From: an uncultured Gammaproteobacteria bacterium
Lineage (GTDB): Bacteria > Patescibacteriota > Microgenomatia > UBA8517
NCBI GenBank assembly: GCA_964610395.1
Contig: CAZSXP010000002.1
Location: 10,192 to 74,191, forward strand
DNA: 64,000 bases
Direction of reading: 5' to 3'
The number at the start of each line of letters is the position of its first letter. The stretch's first letter is position 1. Positions 17,735 to 26,551 of this stretch are shown here, piece after piece. The translations under genes and the position numbers were made by a program. The notes under the pieces were generated by a model that was not told the DNA's origin, searched no databases, and saw only the letters and a program-made list of their open reading frames with translations.

Positions 17735-19265
17735 TTGTTCTCACTCTATATTGAAGTGCTTCTGCTACATGATTTGGATGTATTTTTTTCGAATCGGCAA
17801 GATCCGCAATTGTTTGACTGACTTTTATAAGTCTAAAATAAGTTCTGGCTGATAAATTGTAAGTATTAACTGCCTGCTTAAGCAGCAGTAAAGCATCTGG
17901 CGTTATATCTACAAATTTTTTAATATGTTTATTTTTCATATTTGAATTTGTATAAATATTTAAACCCTTAAATCTTTTATTTTGAATTTCTCTTGCCTTT
18001 ATTACCTGTTCTCGTATCTGTTTTGAGTTGTTAACTCTTCTTTCTTCTTTATTATTTATTAATTTGTTAATGTCGACGGCTGGTACATTTATGTGTAAAT
18101 CAATTCTATCCATCAGTGGACCCGACAGTTTACTTTGGTATTTCATAATCATACGAGGTGTACATTTGCATTCCTTTTTTGGGTCACCCAAGTATCCACA
18201 AGGGCAAGGATTAGCGGCAGCAATTAACATAAAACTAGCAGGAAAATTAACAGATCCTGCTATTCTTGTAATAGAAACTTCCCCATCTTCCATGGGTTGC
18301 CTTAATGCTTCAAGTGTTGACCTTGGAAATTCTGGAAATTCATCTAAAAACAAAACACCATTATGGGCAAGTGAAATTTCCCCTGGGTGTGGGTTTGTTC
18401 CTCCCCCAATTAACCCAATTCTACTAGTTGTATGGTGTGCAGTTCTAAATGGTCTTACTCTCACAAGTCCTTCACCTGCAGGGATTAAACCAGCTAGTGA
18501 AAATATTTTAGTAACTTCCAGTGCTTCTTCCTCATTAAGTGGCGGTAAAATGCCAGCTGAGGCCCTTGCAAGCATTGTTTTGCCGGCACCAGGAGATCCC
18601 ATCATAAAAATGTTATGTCCACCGGCTGCGGCAATAGTCATTGCTCTTTTTGCTGATTCTTGACCTATTATTTCATTAAAATCAAATTCGATTTGAGGTT
18701 CCTCAAATCGTCCCTCCGAAGCCTTGGCGGAGGAGGACATTTTCTTAATCTCTTTAACTCCATTTAAATGAGCAATTAATTCTAATAAAGATTTAACAGG
18801 ATAAACATTTATTCCAGATAAAACAGCAGCTTCGTTGGCCGAATCAAATGGCACAAATAAATTTTTAATTTTTAGAGCTTTTGCGGCCAGACCTAATAAA
18901 AACACACCCTTGGTGTGGCGGAGTCCTCCATCAAGTGATAGTTCACCATAAAAAAATGACTTTTCGGAAGGTAACTTCACATTTCCAAGTGAAGCTAAGA
19001 TTCCAATTGCAATTGGTAAATCATAAAGCGATCCTTCTTTTGGAATATCAGCAGGAGCAAGATTAACTACAATTTTTGAATTTGGAATATCGATATCAGA
19101 ATTAATTAAAGCAGTTTTTACTCTTTCTTTTGCCTCTTCTATTGATTTATTAGGAAGTCCTATTATAGAAAATCCAGGAAAACCTTTTTTAAAGACATTA
19201 ACCTCAACCTCTATTAAATTTGCTTCTAATCCAAAATGACTAGCAGATAGAATTTTAGTTAACAC
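17727..19265 (-). CDS. comM: YifB/ComM family Mg-chelatase-like AAA+ ATPase
   Basis: N-terminal ChlI-like domain, Walker A MMGSPGAGKTMLA, Walker B VLFLDEFPEF, C-terminal Mg-chelatase domain. Confidence 0.8.
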   Translation of the reverse strand: MLTKILSASHFGLEANLIEVEVNVFKKGFPGFSIIGLPNKSIEEAKERVKTALINSDIDIPNSKIVVNLAPADIPKEGSLYDLPIAIGILASLGNVKLPSEKSFFYGELSLDGGLRHTKGVFLLGLAAKALKIKNLFVPFDSANEAAVLSGINVYPVKSLLELIAHLNGVKEIKKMSSSAKASEGRFEEPQIEFDFNEIIGQESAKRAMTIAAAGGHNIFMMGSPGAGKTMLARASAGILPPLNEEEALEVTKIFSLAGLIPAGEGLVRVRPFRTAHHTTSRIGLIGGGTNPHPGEISLAHNGVLFLDEFPEFPRSTLEALRQPMEDGEVSITRIAGSVNFPASFMLIAAANPCPCGYLGDPKKECKCTPRMIMKYQSKLSGPLMDRIDLHINVPAVDINKLINNKEERRVNNSKQIREQVIKAREIQNKRFKGLNIYTNSNMKNKHIKKFVDITPDALLLLKQAVNTYNLSARTYFRLIKVSQTIADLADSKKIHPNHVAEALQYRVRTND

Positions 19266-19326
19266 TTTGATTTTAGTATGCTACTAAAAAAGTTCCTAAT
19301 CAATATGCACTAGGAACTTGACATAG

Positions 19327-19357
19327 TATACAGTACACAGTAAACTGTATACTGTAT
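19327..19357 (+). promoter_or_regulatory. nested palindromic operator-like site abutting the start codon of the PRT-domain regulator gene
   Basis: TATACAGTACACAGTAAACTGTATACTGTATA with ACAGT-AA-ACTGT core and flanking TACAGTA/TACTGTA inverted repeats. Confidence 0.3.
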
Positions 19358-20338
19358 ATGGATACACGCACAAAAATATTCGAATTTATAAGAGCAAACG
19401 GCAAAGCTAGATCTGAAGACATTAGGCGTGAGTTTCACCTAAACAGATCAATTATTCACAGACATTTACTAAGATTGACTTTGGAAAATAAAGTTATCAA
19501 ATCAGGTAAACCACCACTTGTGTTTTACATACCTAACGAAAATGTTGAGGCCAAAGACAAAATGGTTAATAATAAAATTTCTGAGTTCCTTCAAAAAAAC
19601 TATTTGTACATCTCCCCGTCTGGTCAAATGTTATATGGCCAAGAAGGTTTTTTGAGTTGGGTAACCAATACAAATCAACAAGAACATTTAGAGAAGTTGA
19701 TTGTCGAATATTTTAAAATTAAAAAGGCTGTAAACAAGCATTTTAATAAAATTGGGCTAATTGAAGCAAAAAAAAAGATTAAAAAAACTTTTTCTAGGAA
19801 TTACCTTGATAATATATACTTTGCTGATTTTTATTCTTTACCTAAATTTGGAAAAACTATATTAGGACAAAAGGTCTTACACTCAAAACAAGCCCAACTT
19901 GAAGACATAATTAACGAGATCGCAAGTGAGATAAAAAACAGAGTGTTAGATCTGATCACAAAAGAAAAAATTGAAGCAATTGCTTTTATTCCACCAACAA
20001 TACCAAGAAAAATACAATTTTTGAAAGAAATTGAAAAAAACTTAAATTTAAAGTTACCAACGATCAAATTAGTAAAATCATATTCTGGCCAAATTCCAAT
20101 TGCACAAAAAACTCTTTCAAAACTTGAAGAGCGTATAAAAAACGCAAAACAATCAATATTTATTAAAGACATTAGTATAAATTACGAAAGAATATTAATT
20201 ATTGATGATGCAATAGGTTCTGGAGCGACATTAAATGAAGTTGCATCAAAAATTAAACAACTCAACCCAAAAGCAAAAGTTTTTGGGTTTGCAATTGTCG
20301 GCAGCTTCAAAGGTTTTGATGTAATCAGTGAAGTATAA
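19358..20338 (+). CDS. winged-helix plus phosphoribosyltransferase-domain protein (PurR-like or ComF-like regulator)
   Basis: N-terminal wHTH-like segment (RSEDIRREFHLNRSIIHRHLLRL) and C-terminal PRT motif ILIIDDAIGSGATL. Confidence 0.4.
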   Translation: MDTRTKIFEFIRANGKARSEDIRREFHLNRSIIHRHLLRLTLENKVIKSGKPPLVFYIPNENVEAKDKMVNNKISEFLQKNYLYISPSGQMLYGQEGFLSWVTNTNQQEHLEKLIVEYFKIKKAVNKHFNKIGLIEAKKKIKKTFSRNYLDNIYFADFYSLPKFGKTILGQKVLHSKQAQLEDIINEIASEIKNRVLDLITKEKIEAIAFIPPTIPRKIQFLKEIEKNLNLKLPTIKLVKSYSGQIPIAQKTLSKLEERIKNAKQSIFIKDISINYERILIIDDAIGSGATLNEVASKIKQLNPKAKVFGFAIVGSFKGFDVISEV

Positions 20339-20504
20339 TATGCGTTTTGTTAAGGTCAGACCTTAATAGAATTGCATTCGAAGGTCTGACCTTGCAAGAA
20401 GTTTAATAACTTTACTTAATTTTCTCCTCCCATTCGAACTTGGAAGGCCGTGGCTAACGCCAATTGTAGAATAATTATACCATTATTTCTGATATACTAA
20501 TTTC

Positions 20505-20951
20505 ATGCCTGCCAAAGTAAACAAAGTCCATGTTAAAGATTTCGATAAGTGGATTGAGAAGAAAAAGGAAATAAACAATAAAATTACGGCTCCACCCCAA
20601 TTTAACGAAAGAGATATTTGGTGGACATCAATTGGCGTAAATGTTGGTTTTGAGGAGGATGGCAAGAATGATATATTTATACGTCCTGTTTTGGTAATTA
20701 AAAAATTTAACAGAGAAATGTTTTTAGGCGTTCCGTTAAGCACCAAGTTAAAAGATAACAAATATTACGTTCAAATCTCAGTCAAAGACGAAATTGTATC
20801 TGCAATGACATCGCAAATCAGAGTTTTTAGTAGTAAACGCATTTGGTACAAATTAGCTGTAATTGATGACGGAGATTTTTTAAAAGTTAATGAGGAGATA
20901 TCAAAATTCTTTATTTTACCCTTCCTGCCTAAGCAAGAAGGTCGTGGCTAA
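20505..20951 (+). CDS. MazF/PemK-like toxin-family protein, copy 1
   Basis: DIWWTSIGVNVGFEEDGKND..RPVLVI...GVPLSTK...SQIRVFSSKRI resembles the MazF/PemK fold. Paralog of 24678..25130. Flanked by 23-bp direct repeats. Confidence 0.5.
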   Translation: MPAKVNKVHVKDFDKWIEKKKEINNKITAPPQFNERDIWWTSIGVNVGFEEDGKNDIFIRPVLVIKKFNREMFLGVPLSTKLKDNKYYVQISVKDEIVSAMTSQIRVFSSKRIWYKLAVIDDGDFLKVNEEISKFFILPFLPKQEGRG

Positions 20952-20981
20952 CGCCAATTTGTCTTATGTTACAATAATTAT

Positions 20982-22649
20982 ATGAAGTTGTCAAACTTAA
21001 CTAAAAAAATCAGTTTAATTCTTCTCTCTTCTTTATTAATTTTTAATTCAGTAATGGCTACGCCATTAGCTGCCCTCGCCGCCGATGAAGCCCCAAGCAC
21101 TTGGTACAACCAAGGTTTTACTGATTGGTATGCAAAAGTCTACGGTGACGAATCCCCCCCATCTGAAATTTTTGGAGAAAGATACACTGCGGCACAAGTC
21201 CAATGGATAATATATAGTCTTTTTGCTTTTCCTATAAATTTCCTTGGAAGCAAAGTTCAGGGCGCAGTTTCATGTCTATACGCATTTGGTCCAGGAAGTG
21301 TTTTTGATAAAGCTGAATGTATTACTCAAACAATGGAAGCTGTCAAAGATGCGTTTGAAGTATTAAAAATAAGTACCAGTATAGCTTATATTGATAATGG
21401 TCCACAGAATCTTGGTCAAGCAATCTTTTTTAACTATCAAAACAGACCGGTCTCAGGTGTAAGATATTTAAGTGATACATTATCAAGTCTAAACATAATA
21501 AAAACCGCAAATGCTCAAGGTTTTGGATACACGACTGCAATTGATGGCTTAAAAAATTACTGGCAAGGATTTAGAGATATTGCTTATGCCCTATCGGTAC
21601 TCGTAGTAATAGTTTTTGCTTTCATGATAATGTTCAGGGTCAAACTATCGCCACAATTAGTTATCTCAGTTCAATCTGCACTGCCTAAAATTGTTGTAGC
21701 ATTAATACTTGCAACTTTCTCATATGCGATAGCTGGTTTTGTAATAGATTTATCATATGTAGTTGGAGGTTTACTTGCTTCATTAATGAGCCTTGCTGGA
21801 TTTTCAACAGCAAACGCTAATGGAAGTGCCTTTCAGGAAGCATTTAAAGTAATTATGCCAATTGAAAATACTCAAGCGTTGGGTGGTTTTTATATATTAT
21901 TATGGATGTTTGCATACACAACTGTATTCTTTTTTGCATCAGTATGGGCTTTGATCAGCACAATTTCTGGTTTATCTGTCTATGGTTTTTTAGCAGGTAT
22001 TTTAATGGTCTTGATGTCAATTTGGGTATTAATATTAATGCTTTGGTACACAATTAAAGTGCCATGGATATTAATAAAAAACTTAATTAGTTTGTTCGTG
22101 TCAATTGTTGTAGGACCATTACAAATAGTTATTGGTGCATTGATTCCTACTATTGGATTTGGAGTCTGGTTTAAAAAGATCATAGCAGAAGCACTTGTTT
22201 TTCCATTAACTGGTTTGTTTATGTTTTTAGCTATCAAGACACTTATGGCTTCTTTCTCTGCTAGCACTGGGCAACTTTTCCATACAATGGATGGCACGTT
22301 ATGGTCACCTCCTATTTTAGGATCATCAGAAGATATGGCAGGTATACTTTGGTTGGCGGTTAGTTTTATGTTTATAACAATGATTCCAAAAGCAGTAGAT
22401 ATTATGAAAATGCTTGTTATGGGTGCTAAATTCGACTTCGGCAGTGCAATCGGTGAAGCAATGGCGCCACTTAAGATGGCTGGTGGAGCATATTCCTCTA
22501 CAAAACAGCAACAATATGAGTTAACTGCTAAACAAACAGGAACCACTCCATGGGAAGCAGCTAAATTAATGGAAGCAACTGGCGATAAAAAGGAAAAGGC
22601 TAAATATTGGTTTACTCAGGCACTACAACGATTTTCAAATTCACACTAA
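20982..22649 (+). CDS. polytopic membrane protein, VirB6/TrbL-like T4SS channel candidate
   Basis: Signal peptide plus periplasmic N-domain, then at least 7 TM helices and a hydrophilic C-tail. Confidence 0.35.
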   Translation: MKLSNLTKKISLILLSSLLIFNSVMATPLAALAADEAPSTWYNQGFTDWYAKVYGDESPPSEIFGERYTAAQVQWIIYSLFAFPINFLGSKVQGAVSCLYAFGPGSVFDKAECITQTMEAVKDAFEVLKISTSIAYIDNGPQNLGQAIFFNYQNRPVSGVRYLSDTLSSLNIIKTANAQGFGYTTAIDGLKNYWQGFRDIAYALSVLVVIVFAFMIMFRVKLSPQLVISVQSALPKIVVALILATFSYAIAGFVIDLSYVVGGLLASLMSLAGFSTANANGSAFQEAFKVIMPIENTQALGGFYILLWMFAYTTVFFFASVWALISTISGLSVYGFLAGILMVLMSIWVLILMLWYTIKVPWILIKNLISLFVSIVVGPLQIVIGALIPTIGFGVWFKKIIAEALVFPLTGLFMFLAIKTLMASFSASTGQLFHTMDGTLWSPPILGSSEDMAGILWLAVSFMFITMIPKAVDIMKMLVMGAKFDFGSAIGEAMAPLKMAGGAYSSTKQQQYELTAKQTGTTPWEAAKLMEATGDKKEKAKYWFTQALQRFSNSH

Positions 22650-22670
22650 ATTTATGTTCTGGTTTGAATT

Positions 22671-24080
22671 TTAATCGTACCATTTTCTTCTGTCCCAAGG
22701 AAATAATAATTTGTCATAATCAAGATAATTGTTTCTTTTGGGTCCTAAGGCAACTAGAACAGTTGCTCTCATGCTTGGATTGTTAAATTTAGGTTCTCTA
22801 CTTTTTGAATCTATCCCTATCGAGGCATACAACATCCATCTTTTTACTGAATCGGCCTCCCTTAATTCAAATTTTGCTAATGCACCCAATGTGTTTTGAA
22901 CCCAATCCCTAATTGCGTCTACATCTCCCCATTTTATAGGAAGCTTGCCTTGTAATGTGTCAGATAATACTCCTGCCTTACCAATCTTTAATGCGTAATC
23001 AATCCACATTGAATCTGAAACATTATTCCATGGAATTTCATTCCCTGCCCTAAGATAGTCTATTAATTTTATCTTTTCACCTCCTTCGTTGGCAGTTACT
23101 TCTTCCCAAACAGATTTAACCAAATCTCTTGGATAACATTCAGGAACTATTATATCTTTGCCACCATTACTAACTCTCCAGTAATCTTTTGGGTTTTTGT
23201 TTTCATCAGCCATAAAATGAACATTTTCCACTGAAAGTTTTTTCCCATTGTTAGACTCGACCGCCATGTTATATGCCCATTCTCCAAATTTTCCATATAA
23301 TAATACCTCTGACCCCTCTTTACTAAAAGTTCCAAGTAAAACATCCATAGGGTTCATTGCAAATTTAATAGGAATATTTACAAGATCATTCATACATTCA
23401 GAAGGTCGAATTCTACCCATGTCGTTGTATTTGCTATCTAAACTCTCAAAAGTATTACCAAGATATAATAAAGTAAAGGCTATTTGCTCTGCTTCACGAG
23501 CTTTTAAGTTAAGGGTTTCTTTGTTTTCTGTTAATTTACCTCGTTGTTTATATCCTTTTAAAACATCTTCCTTTATATCATTACGAATATTTTCTCTACA
23601 CTTTAGAACTTGTTCTCTACTTTTTGCTGTTCTTAAAGAAAAACTTTCTTCTTCGTTGGTTTTAGAATTTTTCCTAGTTCCCATAATTTCATCTGTGTCG
23701 TATATTTTTATATATCGTTCAAGTGCACTTCTAACTCCTGGAACCTCATAAAGTTTTTTAACCTCTGGTGTTTGTAATCCTCCCCAGCCTTCATATTTTG
23801 AAAGAACTTCAAGTGTTGGTGGGATTGCTCTGGTTTTTTTGAAATTAGCCGCATTTGTAAATTCGATTACAATATTGTGAATTTCTCTTTCATCCCTCGT
23901 CATTTCTACATAATATACTGGAGCGGTTTCTACATTAATTGGTTGTATTGGTTTATTAAACCATTCTTGATCCTTTAAAAAAGATTGGTACTTTTCATCT
24001 GTTGATAATCTGGGACCTTGAATAGCGTCCCTTAGTGTACTTACATCAATTATGCCTCTCTGCCCATTTGCTTCTGCCAT
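22671..24080 (-). CDS. hypothetical protein (469 aa), no recognisable family
   Basis: Soluble, no TM. Carries the shared leader GGTAAAATACAACC-ATG-GCA-GAA. Confidence 0.4.
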   Translation of the reverse strand: MAEANGQRGIIDVSTLRDAIQGPRLSTDEKYQSFLKDQEWFNKPIQPINVETAPVYYVEMTRDEREIHNIVIEFTNAANFKKTRAIPPTLEVLSKYEGWGGLQTPEVKKLYEVPGVRSALERYIKIYDTDEIMGTRKNSKTNEEESFSLRTAKSREQVLKCRENIRNDIKEDVLKGYKQRGKLTENKETLNLKAREAEQIAFTLLYLGNTFESLDSKYNDMGRIRPSECMNDLVNIPIKFAMNPMDVLLGTFSKEGSEVLLYGKFGEWAYNMAVESNNGKKLSVENVHFMADENKNPKDYWRVSNGGKDIIVPECYPRDLVKSVWEEVTANEGGEKIKLIDYLRAGNEIPWNNVSDSMWIDYALKIGKAGVLSDTLQGKLPIKWGDVDAIRDWVQNTLGALAKFELREADSVKRWMLYASIGIDSKSREPKFNNPSMRATVLVALGPKRNNYLDYDKLLFPWDRRKWYD

Positions 24081-24125
24081 GGTTGTATTTTACCATTTTT
24101 TAAATAAAATGTTTTAAAAAATAAA

Positions 24126-24160
24126 AAGACCACTCATTTTTAACTACTTTGAGTGGTCTT
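24126..24160 (-). terminator. rho-independent terminator downstream of the Zn-ribbon gene
   Basis: 10-bp stem AGACCACTCA/TGAGTGGTCT followed on the minus strand by a T-run. Confidence 0.5.
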
Positions 24161-24178
24161 TAGACTAACAGCAACTTA

Positions 24179-24517
24179 TTACATTTTCTCAGCACATCTT
24201 TGGCAAATTCCTTTATAGATATGTTCCGCACATGTCCAATTCCGACAATTGACACATTGGTAAAGATCTTTCGGTTTAGACCAATTGTCACCATCTTCAT
24301 GGTAAGTGTCTAAACCCATTCGAAGCTCAATAGACTCCCTCATAGGTTCTCGGGCGGGTTTGTCGCAGATGTGACACTTGAACTTTCTACCAAGTTCTTG
24401 GACTTTTACCACTCTTTCTCTACGAGCGGACTCAAGAAATTCTTTTTTGCTTTTTTCCACTTCAGCCTCTCGGGCTTTTTCTTCCTCATCAATCTTTTTC
24501 TTCCAATCTTTTGTCAT
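24179..24517 (-). CDS. small K/E-rich protein with C-terminal Cys-rich zinc-ribbon
   Basis: CHIC...CVNC...CAEH...CQRC. Own SD-type RBS (AAGGAGG). Confidence 0.45.
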   Translation of the reverse strand: MTKDWKKKIDEEEKAREAEVEKSKKEFLESARRERVVKVQELGRKFKCHICDKPAREPMRESIELRMGLDTYHEDGDNWSKPKDLYQCVNCRNWTCAEHIYKGICQRCAEKM

Positions 24518-24677
24518 GGCACACCTCCTTAGTGTGTATTACATAAATTTTTACCGAGAAATGTCAAGTTGCAAGTGAATACTAACACAAAAAGGCAATT
24601 ACTTCAAGACTATAGGTATTTGGGGTTGGGGATTGACTTTTAGGGCAAAATAGATATACTAATAAGTACAAATTGCC

Positions 24678-25130
24678 TTAATTGGCACCCGAGAGCCCCG
24701 CAAGGGGCTCGTTTTTTGTCTCTTCTGTTGATATTAATTTTAATATCATTTTTTCTACTTCTCCAAACTGCTCTTTATTAAGATTCCCCATTTTTCTAAT
24801 CAATCGTTTTGAACTTAATATTCTAAGTTGTGACAGTATAACTGTTGACTTTCTATCTTTAAAATCAAAGGTAAAATAAAATTTTCCTTCTTTTACTTTT
24901 GAAGTTAGTGGAACACCCCAGAACATTCCTTTGTTAAACTTTCTAAAAATTAAAATTGGTCTTTCAAAATTTGTATTTTTTCCATCTATTTCATATCCGA
25001 CATTCACACCAACTGAACACCACCAAATTTCCTGTTCATGAAAAAACTTTTCTACACCCACACTATCAATCTGTGATTTTAATTTGTGCCAATTTTTGTA
25101 ATCTTTGACATACTTTGAAGCTTCTGTCAT
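24678..25130 (-). CDS. MazF/PemK-like toxin-family protein, copy 2
   Basis: Paralog of 20505..20951 (EIWWCSVGVNVGYEIDGKN..RPILIF...GVPLTSK...SQLRILSSKRL). C-terminal 12 codons are encoded by a hairpin. Confidence 0.5.
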   Translation of the reverse strand: MTEASKYVKDYKNWHKLKSQIDSVGVEKFFHEQEIWWCSVGVNVGYEIDGKNTNFERPILIFRKFNKGMFWGVPLTSKVKEGKFYFTFDFKDRKSTVILSQLRILSSKRLIRKMGNLNKEQFGEVEKMILKLISTEETKNEPLAGLSGAN

Positions 25131-25218
25131 GGTTGTATTTTACCTTAAATTAGTACAGAGAGAATGCATCACTTCGTGGGCAAAGTACCTAGTACTTAGT
25201 ATTGGTGGGATCAAAAAA

Positions 25219-25602
25219 CTATTCAAAATCTTTGATTTTAGCAAGAAGACTTTTGACAAGTGGGGGGAAATCTTTAATATCTTTATAAATTGACCTTACT
25301 TCGTCCTCTTTGTATGTATGTGTTGAAATATTTCTATGTTCTAAAAATTTAAACCAAACAACTGGATCATCTATTATCCCTATCCTTGCGGCTTCTCTAA
25401 TTACAGTTCTAATACCATAGGCGTCAACAACTTTATCTCTCAAAATAGCTTGCATAGTTTTCCATGACAGCTCAAAAGTAAATTCAAAGCGTTGGATTGT
25501 TGCGTCTTGGTTTATAATTTCTGGTGGTAACAACAATGCTTCGCCCAACCTTTCTACTGCCCTAGCTAAGTCTTTTATCAATTCTTGTGTTTTTTCCATC
25601 AA
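25219..25602 (-). CDS. hepT: HepT-like HEPN toxin (HI0074 nucleotidyltransferase substrate-binding family)
   Basis: HI0074-family pattern (...ATIQRFEFTFELSWKTMQ...) immediately downstream of the MntA-type NTase, overlapping by 4 nt. Confidence 0.55.
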   Translation of the reverse strand: MMEKTQELIKDLARAVERLGEALLLPPEIINQDATIQRFEFTFELSWKTMQAILRDKVVDAYGIRTVIREAARIGIIDDPVVWFKFLEHRNISTHTYKEDEVRSIYKDIKDFPPLVKSLLAKIKDFE

Positions 25603-25889
25603 TTTAAATAATAAACCTTTTTCATTGCAATTTCTTGAAATCTTTTAGATACTTTTGAGAAATCAACGACGTCAACCTTAAATGGTAAGTCAGAATTCTC
25701 AAATTCATCCTCCAGGTCAATTTTTGACATAATTGGAAGTTCTGATTTTGGTTCTACCCCTAAATCAATATCACTAAATTTCAAGTTATTCCCAATCGCT
25801 CGTGAGCCAAAAATAAATACCCTTGCACTTTTTGGATCAATATGTTTAAAAACAATCTTTTTAAATTCATCCAAATTAAAATCTGCCAT
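25599..25889 (-). CDS. mntA: MntA-like minimal nucleotidyltransferase antitoxin
   Basis: GSxxxG...SDIDL minimal NTase motif (IFGSRAIGNNLKFSDIDLGV). Confidence 0.6.
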   Translation of the reverse strand: MADFNLDEFKKIVFKHIDPKSARVFIFGSRAIGNNLKFSDIDLGVEPKSELPIMSKIDLEDEFENSDLPFKVDVVDFSKVSKRFQEIAMKKVYYLN

Positions 25890-25942
25890 AGTTGTATATT
25901 ACCTTAAATTAGTGCAGAGTACAAAGTACCTAGTACTTAGTA

Positions 25943-26269
25943 TTAGGAATAAGACAAAAATCTGATATCCAATCTACTATCCAAAGCCTCTGCAAGTTTT
26001 TGAAGGAAATTTACAGTTGGACTGATATTCCCCTTTTCTAATCTCGAAATTGCAGATTGAGTTGTACCTAGTTTTTTGGCAAGTTCTTTTTGAGAAAGAT
26101 CCTTCTTTCTTCTAACATCAATCATTGCCTGAAGCATTGCAAACTCAGGCTGTTGTCGTTCAAACTCTCTTCGTAAAGAAGAATTGTTTTTTAACACCCT
26201 TTTCTCCCAAACCAAGAAATCTTCATGTTGTCTTTTCTCAGGGGGAATATTTAAAACTTTTTTATTCAT
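25943..26269 (-). CDS. higA: HigA-like XRE-family HTH antitoxin
   Basis: HTH LSQKELAKKLGTTQSAISRLEKG, downstream of a HigB-like ORF. Confidence 0.6.
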   Translation of the reverse strand: MNKKVLNIPPEKRQHEDFLVWEKRVLKNNSSLRREFERQQPEFAMLQAMIDVRRKKDLSQKELAKKLGTTQSAISRLEKGNISPTVNFLQKLAEALDSRLDIRFLSYS

Positions 26270-26284
26270 ATATCGTATATGCTA

Positions 26285-26551
26285 TATTATTTCTTTTGCT
26301 CTGTCAATTGCTATTTTTAATTCTTTTGATGGAGTTTTTTGAGTTTTCTTTTTAAATACATGAAGCAAATAATAGGAATCTTTTACTTTTGTATAAAATA
26401 TTCGCAATGGATCTCTTCCTGTTACTCGCAATTCATATAAATTTTTGAATAGTTTTTTTGATTGTGGAGGTTTAAGAAATGGACCATTATCGATTAGTAA
26501 ATGTACTAATTTGTCAAAAATTATTTTTGTGAAAAGGATCCAATAGTTGCA
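26285..26551 (-). pseudogene. higB: HigB/RelE-family (Gp49-like) toxin ORF lacking any ATG/GTG/TTG start
   Basis: Manual translation ...FDKLVHLLIDNGPFLKPPQSKKLFKNLYELRVTGRDPLRIFYTKVKDSYYLLHVFKKKTQKTPSKELKIAIDRAKEII*. The open frame begins immediately after the stop of the upstream AbiEii gene. Confidence 0.45.

Noticed and set aside
18028-18663. 211-aa plus-strand ORF inside comM
   Set aside because: Antisense to the conserved AAA+ core of ComM; Ser/Pro/Ala-rich artefact.
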